DNA of 64,000 bases from an uncultured virus (IMG/VR IMGVR_UViG_3300043438_000835). Lineage: Duplodnaviria; Heunggongvirae; Uroviricota; Caudoviricetes. A program made the translations under genes and the position numbers. The notes under the pieces were generated by a model. The model did no database searches, was not told the origin of the DNA, and worked only from the letters and a program-made list of their open reading frames with translations. Where the stretch lies: the IMG/VR virus record IMGVR_UViG_3300043438_000835; one strand, 5' to 3'. Numbering within the stretch: position 1 is the stretch's first letter; each line of letters starts with the position of its first letter. Below, piece by piece: positions 33,401-40,592 of the stretch.

Positions 33401-33811
33401 CAGAGTGGCAAAGAAGTTGACTTCTATCAAAATGATGTACATCCGGGTGGCAACAGTTATTACAAAGAAAACGAAGAAGTAAATCCCGAAACAGTCAACT
33501 ACTTTAACGAAACACATCGTCGTAGGCTAAAGACAGTGACCCTAGATGCTGTACGCCGCCTTAAAAACTTTCCTCCCCCAGATATGATTAAAATGGATGT
33601 ACAAGGTGCAGAGTTAGATGTGCTAAAGGGTGCTGTAGAAACATTATCCACAGTGAAACATGTTATTCTAGAACTACAGGTTGTAGAATACAATAAAGGT
33701 GCCCCGTTAAAAGATGATGTAATAGCATATATGGACACACAAGGGTTCGACTGTTTGGGTATCTTTAGCAACAACGGACCCGACGGTGATTATCATTTTG
33801 TTCGGCGCTAA
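30443..33811 (+). CDS. multidomain glycosyltransferase (GT4-like + GT2-like + GT-A-like) fused to an FkbM-type methyltransferase
   Basis: GLGGSESAV...ETYGISSMES (GT-B); ILVDDASTD...LDGDD; SVDSDI...GCGFGCALVK...SEDVDFC; YDIGAC...IKMDVQGAELDVLKGA. Confidence 0.85.
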   Translation: MKLAIIDIIGIPYDGTTVFKQGLGGSESAVILMSRELAQIGFDVTVFNNCNIDHAVPGKYDTVTYRPLTDLANNHEFDIVISSRTIIPFTDPKDYPRLNDNRSVPFMSMNLYDRIISKAKMRVLWMHDTFCLGDNLIEELAVADRITDIFTLSDFHLTYVTNCHHGRRRNFEVLKRKMFITRNGVRIYNREVDIKAKDKNLFVYNASVTKGMIPLVKMIWPHVKRHIPEAKLKVIGGYYRFSTNAEPDQQEKDWREMAADPQLAAQGIEFTGVIPQKEIADILTTANFMLYPAAFPETYGISSMESLCYNTPIITCRFGALEEIAVAGACYLIDYAIEPNGLFPDISVPTQVEQFVKTTVEAYRNPYLHQQKQYYCNIVKDIAGWDSVALQWKQHFYKKTGHYLSSSDYRAVSKINHRLHKIYNRKFHNTVELEDYKPGTEQPIVVVSTFYNCKNYIARCINSIATQDYDNYRCILVDDASTDNTLEALYTALSAYPAHIRAKFEVIENQNNVGAVKNQIDTFRSLQDPNAIVMILDGDDSLVNDNTVFSYYNNVYDGTTEFTYGSCWSMVDNIPLISQPYPEHVKNSKEYRNHHFNWILPYTHLRTFKQQLIDGLDDSLFQDDTGAWYKAGGDGSIFYALIENADPSKVKCLQDIVYNYNDVNPLNDYKVNAIEQNVAAKSIIKKMNPSKKKILIAIPTARNIEPETFKSIYDLIIPEGYEATFQYFYGYNIDQVRNLIADWVVKGFDYLFSVDSDISFPPNTLSKLLSHDKDVVSGLYIQRKPGLHILEIYEHNQNGGVSNMPYEKLKGRPLVEIAGCGFGCALVKAEVMCEIGYPQFKYYSAIDHRNTVSEDVDFCRKARDKGFKIWADPSVLCSHTGSFTFNVDNAITAAPDVTPFNIQDRLRELGSQRLIPRNHVDYLAKLKNEGFEPKVIYDIGACVLHWTNEAQRIWDRAKYVVFEAMDSSEFLYKERNLQYHMGVLSDQSGKEVDFYQNDVHPGGNSYYKENEEVNPETVNYFNETHRRRLKTVTLDAVRRLKNFPPPDMIKMDVQGAELDVLKGAVETLSTVKHVILELQVVEYNKGAPLKDDVIAYMDTQGFDCLGIFSNNGPDGDYHFVRR

Positions 33812-33819
33812 ATACTGCT

Positions 33820-34224
33820 ATGAGAGCACGTCAGTTTATTGTTGAAGGCGCAGAGGAAAATGCCAACGTTGTGGAAATGTTTCAAAAGTTTCTACCTCTA
33901 GCTATGGAGATCCTTGAAATAGATCAGTTGCCTAAGATGCAGTTTGCCCCGGATCTAAATACAGGCGAGCAGCCCAGCTTTGGTGCATACGTGCCGAGTG
34001 AGAATATGCTGTTAGTTGCCTTAAAGAACCGTCACCCTGTTGACATACTGAGAACAGTGGCACACGAGCTGGTTCATTACAAACAAGATCAGCAAGGTGA
34101 GCTAACGGATACTAGTGGTGAAACAGGTAGTCCGCATGAAAATCAAGCACATGAGATAGCAGGAGTTATTATGCGTAACTTCAATAAACGATATCCTAAC
34201 TATCTAAGAAGCAAGCCACTATAA
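33820..34224 (+). CDS. putative zinc metallopeptidase-like protein
   Basis: RTVAHELVHYKQ (HExxH) and downstream ENQA; TAAATA 5 nt upstream. Confidence 0.65.
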   Translation: MRARQFIVEGAEENANVVEMFQKFLPLAMEILEIDQLPKMQFAPDLNTGEQPSFGAYVPSENMLLVALKNRHPVDILRTVAHELVHYKQDQQGELTDTSGETGSPHENQAHEIAGVIMRNFNKRYPNYLRSKPL

Positions 34225-34249
34225 AAAAAGGACCCGAAGGTCCTTTTTT
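34223..34249. terminator. bidirectional terminator (UUCG loop on - strand)
   Basis: AAAAAAGGACC-CGAA-GGTCCTTTTTT. Confidence 0.85.
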
Positions 34250-34297
34250 ATTTTCTAGTATATTATTTTATGGGCTATGCCCTAATATTATTATAAA

Positions 34298-34567
34298 TTA
34301 TTTCTTGGCGCCAGCGTTGACAAATGCGTACATTTTTTCTGCTGTTTCAAGAACTTTGTCTAGTCCTGGAAAAGTCGGCATTGCAACAGTACTGACGATC
34401 TGACCAGTCTTCTCGTCACGAGTAGCAGTCATTTCCCAGCCTTGAAATTTAGCATGGAAATCTTCTTGTACTAGGCTTTTTGCCATGCCTAGAATGTCTG
34501 TACGGATTTCGTAGCCGTTCTTATTAAATTTAACTTCTGGTAGCTTTGGTGTATTAAAGTCTGTCAT
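34298..34567 (-). CDS. hypothetical protein, 89 aa (intact copy)
   Basis: [14 protein letters not shown]...; RBS AGGA; start moved from track 34714. Confidence 0.75.
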   Translation of the reverse strand: MTDFNTPKLPEVKFNKNGYEIRTDILGMAKSLVQEDFHAKFQGWEMTATRDEKTGQIVSTVAMPTFPGLDKVLETAEKMYAFVNAGAKK

Positions 34568-34589
34568 ATTTTTTTCCTGTATGTGTGTA

Positions 34590-34844
34590 TTAAGCCTTAG
34601 TAGTGGCTTTTTCTTTAGTCTGTGGAAATGCCTTGTTGGCAAAAGAATCCACGGAATACTTGGCAAGATCAGCGAAGTTCTTAGACAACATCTTGGCAAA
34701 TGTAGTCTGAGCATCGATGTATTGGTGTGCCGCTTTGTTCAATGTAGGATCAGTGATGATCTTATCTGTTAAACCACGCTTGGTAGTTTGAAACGCATCG
34801 ATCTGTGCCTCGAGCGTAAAGTATGGTGCAAATGCTGAAAACAT
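34590..34844 (-). CDS. amphipathic helical protein, possibly phasin-like
   Basis: AAGGAG RBS; Ala/Lys/Thr/Phe-rich helices; family call is a guess. Confidence 0.5.
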   Translation of the reverse strand: MFSAFAPYFTLEAQIDAFQTTKRGLTDKIITDPTLNKAAHQYIDAQTTFAKMLSKNFADLAKYSVDSFANKAFPQTKEKATTKA

Positions 34845-34950
34845 ATTTTTCTCCTTGTGTGTATGTTTGTATAAGCAGTATCATTACTGCCTAAGTATTT
34901 ATTATATAGATCTTGTTACGCTGTGTAAAGCGATCTGACAAAATACGATA

Positions 34951-35073
34951 TTACTTGCCAGCCAGTAATGTCTGTGCTTCTTTGTGCATGCCTGCACGAA
35001 CCATAGCAGAAGCAGCACGAGCTTGACCAATGCTTAGGCCAATTTCGTATAGAATGTTTAGTAATTTTTTCAT
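34951..35073 (-). CDS. 40-aa hypothetical protein (not in track)
   Basis: MKKLLNILYEIGLSIGQARAASAMVRAGMHKEAQTLLAGK; ATGA overlap; AAGGA RBS. Confidence 0.7.
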   Translation of the reverse strand: MKKLLNILYEIGLSIGQARAASAMVRAGMHKEAQTLLAGK

Positions 35074-35246
35074 AGATAGTTTTCCTTTTGAGAATTAAAT
35101 TGTCGGACGTAAGTTTCCAACTGTGCGGCATCGGTAATGCCTTTGGTGCTTAGATATGCGTCTAAGCGGCTTTGATAACTAGATCCCGGAAACATCTCAC
35201 TTAAACGTTCCATTAGTCCTAGCATAAATTCTGATATAATTTTCAT
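35070..35246 (-). CDS. 58-aa hypothetical protein (not in track), reminiscent of DUF3563
   Basis: MKIISEFMLGLMERLSEMFPGSSYQSRLDAYLSTKGITDAAQLETYVRQFNSQKENYL; GAGGA RBS. Confidence 0.7.
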   Translation of the reverse strand: MKIISEFMLGLMERLSEMFPGSSYQSRLDAYLSTKGITDAAQLETYVRQFNSQKENYL

Positions 35247-35366
35247 ATTTTTTCCTCTGTAAGTGTGGGTAGACTCATGGTTTCTACTGACTCTGTATTT
35301 ATATATTAGTGTTTCTACTGAGTTAAAACAAGATAGTATTTTACCAAAATATCTATTATACTTTAT

Positions 35367-35696
35367 TTGAAACTAAATATTGCAAAGGATACTAACTTGA
35401 AAAGAGCCACAAAAAGCCTATTAGAAGAACTAAATTCAATTACGCTTAAGAAAGACGGCGAAGCTATTGTAGAAAGTAGAGCTGCTCATGTCATTAATAG
35501 CGCAATTAATCTTTTAGCAATCATTAAGGAAAATTTCCCACCTGAGCAGGCGTATGAGTTAGAGCGGCGCCTCTTAAACAGCATCAAAGCAGGTGATCCT
35601 ACTAAATTTACTAGGGGTATACGTAAGTTACGTGATAGTAAAGAAACTGCTAAAGGGTTAAAAGTTATCGAGGGTGACCTAAAAGATGACGATTAA
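35367..35696 (+). CDS. conserved-looking hypothetical late protein (start possibly TTG at 35397)
   Basis: ORF with TAAATA nearby. Confidence 0.6.
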   Translation: MKLNIAKDTNLKRATKSLLEELNSITLKKDGEAIVESRAAHVINSAINLLAIIKENFPPEQAYELERRLLNSIKAGDPTKFTRGIRKLRDSKETAKGLKVIEGDLKDDD

Positions 35697-35789
35697 TCAG
35701 TCATTTGAGTAAATTTTTTTCAAAGAGACTAAATAAAAACATAACGAGCTCCATAGGGGAGTTCAAAAACGATTAAGGAGACCATTAAA

Positions 35790-36194
35790 ATGGCAACATT
35801 AACAAACAAAAACGAAAAGGTAGTAGCACCTTTTTACAAGAACGGCGTAACACTACAGTTCTTCCAAATTGACTTCGGCGCAGACGTATCTGCAATGTTC
35901 GATTCTGACCCAGTTGGATTCCCAAATGCACCACGCAGCCCAGTTGCTGTTGCTCTAGAAGCAATTGCACAAGTTGCTAGCATCGAAATTATCGGTGCAG
36001 GTGATGCAACTGGCGGTGCTGGTAATGGCCTACGTATTGCTGTTGCAGCAATCGGCGGTGCATACGGTGCTGACACATATGACGGTACAAACAGCGAAGC
36101 TTTCGCTGTTCACCTAGAAGACCTAGTTATTGCCGCTGGTACACACCAGGGTGTTAACCTTGCAAATGCTACCGTAGTTGCTTACGCACTATAA
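35790..36194 (+). CDS. putative abundant virion protein
   Basis: TAAATA promoter, TAAGGAG RBS, Ala/Gly-rich, own terminator. Confidence 0.6.
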   Translation: MATLTNKNEKVVAPFYKNGVTLQFFQIDFGADVSAMFDSDPVGFPNAPRSPVAVALEAIAQVASIEIIGAGDATGGAGNGLRIAVAAIGGAYGADTYDGTNSEAFAVHLEDLVIAAGTHQGVNLANATVVAYAL

Positions 36195-36213
36195 TCTAAT
36201 TACTTAGATAAGA

Positions 36214-36243
36214 GAAGGACGTTTTTTAGCGTCCTTTTTCTTT
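36214..36243 (+). terminator. intrinsic terminator
   Basis: GAAGGACG-TTTTTTAG-CGTCCTTTTTCTTT. Confidence 0.7.
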
Positions 36244-36275
36244 GACATAAATATCTGTAATTAAATAGGTACTTT

Positions 36276-36701
36276 ATGCAAACCATCGAAATTCAAACAC
36301 TTGTAGACATTACAGACACTAAAGTCGCTAGACCCAATCAAGGATCTGTTCTAGCACACGATCAATATCGAAACTTTACAACACTGAGACAATGTGTTGA
36401 GATTAGATCTATTATCAGCTATGACGCTAGTCCAACTGTGGAAACAGTCGACATCAAGGATCTAGGATTTGGATCACAATACAAGGGCAAACACAGGGTA
36501 TGGACATTCCGATTCTATCCAGATCGTAGTGGGGCTTACATAGAAGGAAACAACGAAGTTGGCGCACTACTCGACGATGTCAACGGAGTCCCCGTTATCC
36601 AAAAATTGACAGAAACTATAAATATGGATACGGCCATGTTTGAGTTAAAAAACGCCGCCACTAAAAATACCATCATCAAGGCAATCCAAGGCAATAACTA
36701 A
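36276..36701 (+). CDS. hypothetical protein
   Basis: TLVDIT.T motif; TAAATA upstream. Confidence 0.6.
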   Translation: MQTIEIQTLVDITDTKVARPNQGSVLAHDQYRNFTTLRQCVEIRSIISYDASPTVETVDIKDLGFGSQYKGKHRVWTFRFYPDRSGAYIEGNNEVGALLDDVNGVPVIQKLTETINMDTAMFELKNAATKNTIIKAIQGNN

Positions 36702-36739
36702 GTAGTAAGTTTCAGTTTTAAAAATTAAGGAGAGCCTCA

Positions 36740-37045
36740 ATGGCAACAACAGTAGAGCGACTTGGTATAGTAGAGACCAAGGTCACTAACTTAGATGAAA
36801 AATTAGACAATCTTAAAGTCGATGTAAAAGAAATGCACGATTGTCTAGATAAAACTCGTGATGAACTAGGAGTTAAACTTGATACTATGTATCAGGCCAG
36901 TTGCCAGCAGCACGAGGAACTGGCTAAAAAAATATCTGCCATGGAAAGATTAAAAGACAGGTGGATGTATACGTTTGCCGGCGGAATGATAGTATTAGGT
37001 TGGGCAACAGCACATGCTGACACTATCTTAAAATTTATAAAATAA
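36740..37045 (+). CDS. coiled-coil protein with C-terminal TM helix (holin/XhlA-like layout)
   Basis: heptad pattern then WMYTFAGGMIVLGW; TAAGGAG RBS. Confidence 0.55.
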   Translation: MATTVERLGIVETKVTNLDEKLDNLKVDVKEMHDCLDKTRDELGVKLDTMYQASCQQHEELAKKISAMERLKDRWMYTFAGGMIVLGWATAHADTILKFIK

Positions 37046-37046
37046 C

Positions 37047-37463
37047 ATGCGTATATTCGAACTTCTAGAGCAGATTCAACCAATTGGCAGTGTGGGCTCA
37101 ACTGCAGGCACTCCTGGTCAGGTTCCTCAAGTTAGTCAATCATCTGCACCGACCAATACTGATAATAAGGCAACCACAAATCCCGATCAAGAAAAGATGG
37201 CCAAGTTGTTGATGCCACAGGGTATTACAAACCCGGAAGATCTAAACAATGCCACATCCGCTCTGCAAGTTGCCATGCAGAATCCTAAACAATTAAGGCC
37301 TGATCAGCAAGAGCTGTTAGGTAAACTAGTTAATCCTATGATGAAGAATCAAGGATTTGCAACTGCTCTAAAACAATTATCTGCACAAAAGCCAGGTCAG
37401 CCAATGGGACAAAAGCCTGCTACCCTGCCAGGCCAAACAACTCCTGCACAGGGAACAATGTAA
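37047..37463 (+). CDS. Gln/Pro-rich hypothetical protein (MRIFELLE N-terminus)
   Basis: ORF in operon. Confidence 0.6.
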   Translation: MRIFELLEQIQPIGSVGSTAGTPGQVPQVSQSSAPTNTDNKATTNPDQEKMAKLLMPQGITNPEDLNNATSALQVAMQNPKQLRPDQQELLGKLVNPMMKNQGFATALKQLSAQKPGQPMGQKPATLPGQTTPAQGTM

Positions 37464-37464
37464 T

Positions 37465-37674
37465 ATGAAAATTGCACAACTTTTAGACGGTGTTTCAATT
37501 GCACTTACAAATGAAGAACAAAAATTTGTAAAGCGTTTCCCTGAAGCCACTATCAACGCACTAGACGAGCGAGATAAATGGATTGCTCAGAACCTTGTAC
37601 GCAAGGGCATCTATGAACTAAGTAATGACAGCCGATCAATTATAAAGAAATTAGATGAAAATAACTTCAGATGA
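37465..37674 (+). CDS. hypothetical protein
   Basis: ORF in operon. Confidence 0.6.
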   Translation: MKIAQLLDGVSIALTNEEQKFVKRFPEATINALDERDKWIAQNLVRKGIYELSNDSRSIIKKLDENNFR

Positions 37675-38125
37675 AATTTATTTAAAGATTCAACAAATCA
37701 GCACTGATGTTAAGGAAACACTTAAACGTCAGGGCATTGTTGTTCCTGTAAAGAAACGTGATGGATCTATTCAAATAGGTTCGTACAGCATCAAAAAAGA
37801 AGGGTCTGGATTTTACTCCATACTGGATTTTAAAAATGAAGTTATACTTAATCGTATAAACTTACCGCAAACCGCAGCAATACAGGCCAACAGGTTAGCA
37901 CTGGGCAAGTATATAGATGACAATATAATGCAGGCAGATACAAAATATGGCCATGCACATTTCGATGAAGAATTGCATACTCATTTAGCTGAGCGCAGCC
38001 TAGGTAAAAAAGACCTAGACAAAGCCGAAATGATGTACACAAAGTCAATTATTGCAAGACACAAAAAGAATCAGCACATGTTTGAAGTTAAGAAAGTCTT
38101 CGAGAAACTAATGCGGTTTAGATAA
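37655..38125 (+). CDS. hypothetical protein
   Basis: ORF in operon. Confidence 0.6.
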   Translation: MKITSDEIYLKIQQISTDVKETLKRQGIVVPVKKRDGSIQIGSYSIKKEGSGFYSILDFKNEVILNRINLPQTAAIQANRLALGKYIDDNIMQADTKYGHAHFDEELHTHLAERSLGKKDLDKAEMMYTKSIIARHKKNQHMFEVKKVFEKLMRFR

Positions 38126-38155
38126 ATAAATTTAACCAATTCTTTCGGAACCACT

Positions 38156-39469
38156 ATGAAGACAACAGATTTTTCAGCTACAATTACTAGTTTTAAACTA
38201 AAGGAAAACATGAATAAAATGTTTGGCCTTAACGTTCATCTTGACAAATATGACAGAGAGCAGCTAGAAGATATGCGTAACAAACTACGCACAAGGGTGT
38301 TCCAACAAGAAGGACGTGCAGGTATTAACGATCTGCTAACTAACGAAACATACCAAAAAGACAAGGCCATGTTGGACTTGCTCAACACAAGGATTAAAGA
38401 AATGCTAGGTGAAGACATCAAAAAACTACGTGACAAAATGACAGAGCTAAGTGAAGCTAAAAAGGGCGTCAAAGCACCTAAGTACAAGATTCACTCACAG
38501 GGTACCTCTGCTAAAGACTACGACGGCGATGGCAAGAAAGAAAGCCCTAAGGACGAAGTCTGGGGTAGTCGTGCTAAAGCTGCTGCCAAGTCAGGCAAGC
38601 CATTTGAAGAAGGTAAAGGATCTAAGCCAGACTTCCTCGACATGGACAAAGACGGTAATAAAAAAGAACCGATGAAGAAAGCCGTTAAAGACAAAAAAGT
38701 CAAAGAAGGTTTCCCAACTGTTGACGATGCTAAGAAAGCAGCCGCTGGTACAGCCAGTATGAAAGCAGGCGAGAAGAAGAAGTCAAGCACAGGTGGCGAG
38801 ATTACTAAAACTGCTACAGGTCTAAAGCACACAGCAGGCAAGAACTACGGTGGTAAGGATGCTCCTAAAGCACCAGACAGCGATAAGAAAGCTAAGAAGG
38901 CTATGAAAGAAAGCCAATTTAACCACAACGTTCACTTTGTAAATGAGAGCCTACAGTTCTTATTGCAAGAAGACGAAGAAGGCAAGGCCAAGGCTATCAC
39001 AGCCGCAGGCGACATGGTCAATGACTTTACAAGTTGGATGCAACGTGTTGGTCAATATCAGACAAAGACAATGATTGAATTGGCTGATGCTATCAAGGCA
39101 GACTTTGGAGCACAAGAAGCAGAAGCATTCAAGGCATCCGTAGGCCCGGCACTGAGCGCAACACTAGAAGTATTGACACAACAGCGTGAAGCAGTAAGCG
39201 GCGCAGTTGCAGTGTTGGCAGGCGAAGCTACTCCAGACATGGGCAATATGGGAATGGAGCCAGGCATGGACGCAGGTATGCCAACAGATGATCCAAGCAT
39301 GGATATTGCGGCACCAGACGATATGAATGCACCTGCACCGGCCGGTGACGAGTTTGGTGCTAGTGATGCAGCAGCAGGCATGGGCACAACAGGTCGAGAA
39401 ATGCGTGAAAGCCGTTTTGCCCGCAAGTTGGCCGAGTCTCACAGCATTATGTCTAAATTGGCAAAATGA
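38156..39469 (+). CDS. putative prohead core/internal head protein
   Basis: charged and low-complexity; DYDGDGK and DMDKDGN EF-hand-like loops; many hydrophobic-X-E sites; TAAATA upstream. Confidence 0.5.
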   Translation: MKTTDFSATITSFKLKENMNKMFGLNVHLDKYDREQLEDMRNKLRTRVFQQEGRAGINDLLTNETYQKDKAMLDLLNTRIKEMLGEDIKKLRDKMTELSEAKKGVKAPKYKIHSQGTSAKDYDGDGKKESPKDEVWGSRAKAAAKSGKPFEEGKGSKPDFLDMDKDGNKKEPMKKAVKDKKVKEGFPTVDDAKKAAAGTASMKAGEKKKSSTGGEITKTATGLKHTAGKNYGGKDAPKAPDSDKKAKKAMKESQFNHNVHFVNESLQFLLQEDEEGKAKAITAAGDMVNDFTSWMQRVGQYQTKTMIELADAIKADFGAQEAEAFKASVGPALSATLEVLTQQREAVSGAVAVLAGEATPDMGNMGMEPGMDAGMPTDDPSMDIAAPDDMNAPAPAGDEFGASDAAAGMGTTGREMRESRFARKLAESHSIMSKLAK

Positions 39470-39804
39470 GATTATTTGAAGTAGACTTAGGAAGTGCTAG
39501 GGATGTCTTAGCAGTTCTTCAAGGACAGGCAAATAGAGCAGGGCAAAGTTCAACTTTGCCTTTTGCTGTTGTCATAAAACTAATTAGACCATTTGGTTTG
39601 GGAATTAGTACTCCAGACGGGTTAATTGCTCTTAAAAATGAAGTAGATCCAGCAGGAGATGTTATTCAAGACATTGATGATCAAGGAAATGTTATCCTTA
39701 ATACAGGCGAAGCAAATCCAAATCAACCACAAGAACCCACAGGTTCCCCGGCAGTAGATGCAATGGCATCTAGCAACGCCAAACAATTATCGCCAAATAT
39801 TTGA
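39466..39804 (+). CDS. hypothetical protein (MRLFE N-terminus)
   Basis: ATGA overlap with the previous gene. Confidence 0.6.
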   Translation: MRLFEVDLGSARDVLAVLQGQANRAGQSSTLPFAVVIKLIRPFGLGISTPDGLIALKNEVDPAGDVIQDIDDQGNVILNTGEANPNQPQEPTGSPAVDAMASSNAKQLSPNI

Positions 39805-39829
39805 CCTTATAAACTTGCGATGCTATAAT
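39801..39829 (+). promoter_or_regulatory. sigma70-type promoter with extended -10; ATG follows after a 7-nt gap
   Basis: TTGACC - 17 nt - TATAAT with TGn. Confidence 0.75.
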
Positions 39830-39836
39830 TATAGTA

Positions 39837-40562
39837 ATGCAAGTTTATACTCCTCCCCCGTTCATTGAACGATTCCAATACAAAAATTGTCAGCAGATAA
39901 ATGATCCCGTAACACGGAAACGAGTTTATCAAACACCTGACGGTGAAAAGCTACCCAGCGTAACTACTATCCTCAGTGCCACCAAAGATCAGACGCACTT
40001 GATTGAATGGCGTAAACGAGTAGGTGCTGAGAAAGCGCAACAGATCACCACAGAGGCAGCAGGCGTAGGTACAGCCATGCACGCCAATTTAGAACGATTC
40101 CTAATTGGTGAACAGCGACAGCCCGGTAATAACCCAGTGCATGTGCAGGCTAATAAAATGGCTGATATCATCATTGAAAACGGACTGAGTAAAATGAACG
40201 AAGTATGGGCCATGGAACAGAGCCTGTATTTCCCGGGACTATACAGTGGTACTACTGACCTAGTTGGAGTATTCGAGGATGAGCCAGCAGTATGCGATCA
40301 TAAGCAGACTAACAAGCCTAAAAAAGCAGAGTGGGTCGAGGACTATTATGTACAGTTAGTTGCCTATATATTAGCACATAATGAAGTCTACGGAACTAAC
40401 ATTCGTAGGGGTGTTATTTTTATGTGCAGCCGCGATTTACAGTATCAGCAGTTTGATCTAAACAAAGACAACTTTAACAAGTACGAAGACATGTGGTTAG
40501 GAAAAGTAGAAGAATACTACACTAAAGGCATGCAGGGCTTAAAGCAAATGCTCACTCAGTAA
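39837..40562 (+). CDS. PD-(D/E)XK-family exonuclease
   Basis: LPSVTTILS...GTAMH...E..L...YSGTTDLVG...DHKQ...QLVAY. Confidence 0.85.
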   Translation: MQVYTPPPFIERFQYKNCQQINDPVTRKRVYQTPDGEKLPSVTTILSATKDQTHLIEWRKRVGAEKAQQITTEAAGVGTAMHANLERFLIGEQRQPGNNPVHVQANKMADIIIENGLSKMNEVWAMEQSLYFPGLYSGTTDLVGVFEDEPAVCDHKQTNKPKKAEWVEDYYVQLVAYILAHNEVYGTNIRRGVIFMCSRDLQYQQFDLNKDNFNKYEDMWLGKVEEYYTKGMQGLKQMLTQ

Positions 40563-40592
40563 GATAAATATCCCATAACGGGGATATTTTTT

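Noticed and set aside
39837..40562. Cas4 / CRISPR-associated gene
   Set aside because: No Cys cluster for Fe-S, and no cas neighbours or array; fits a stand-alone phage PD-(D/E)XK exonuclease
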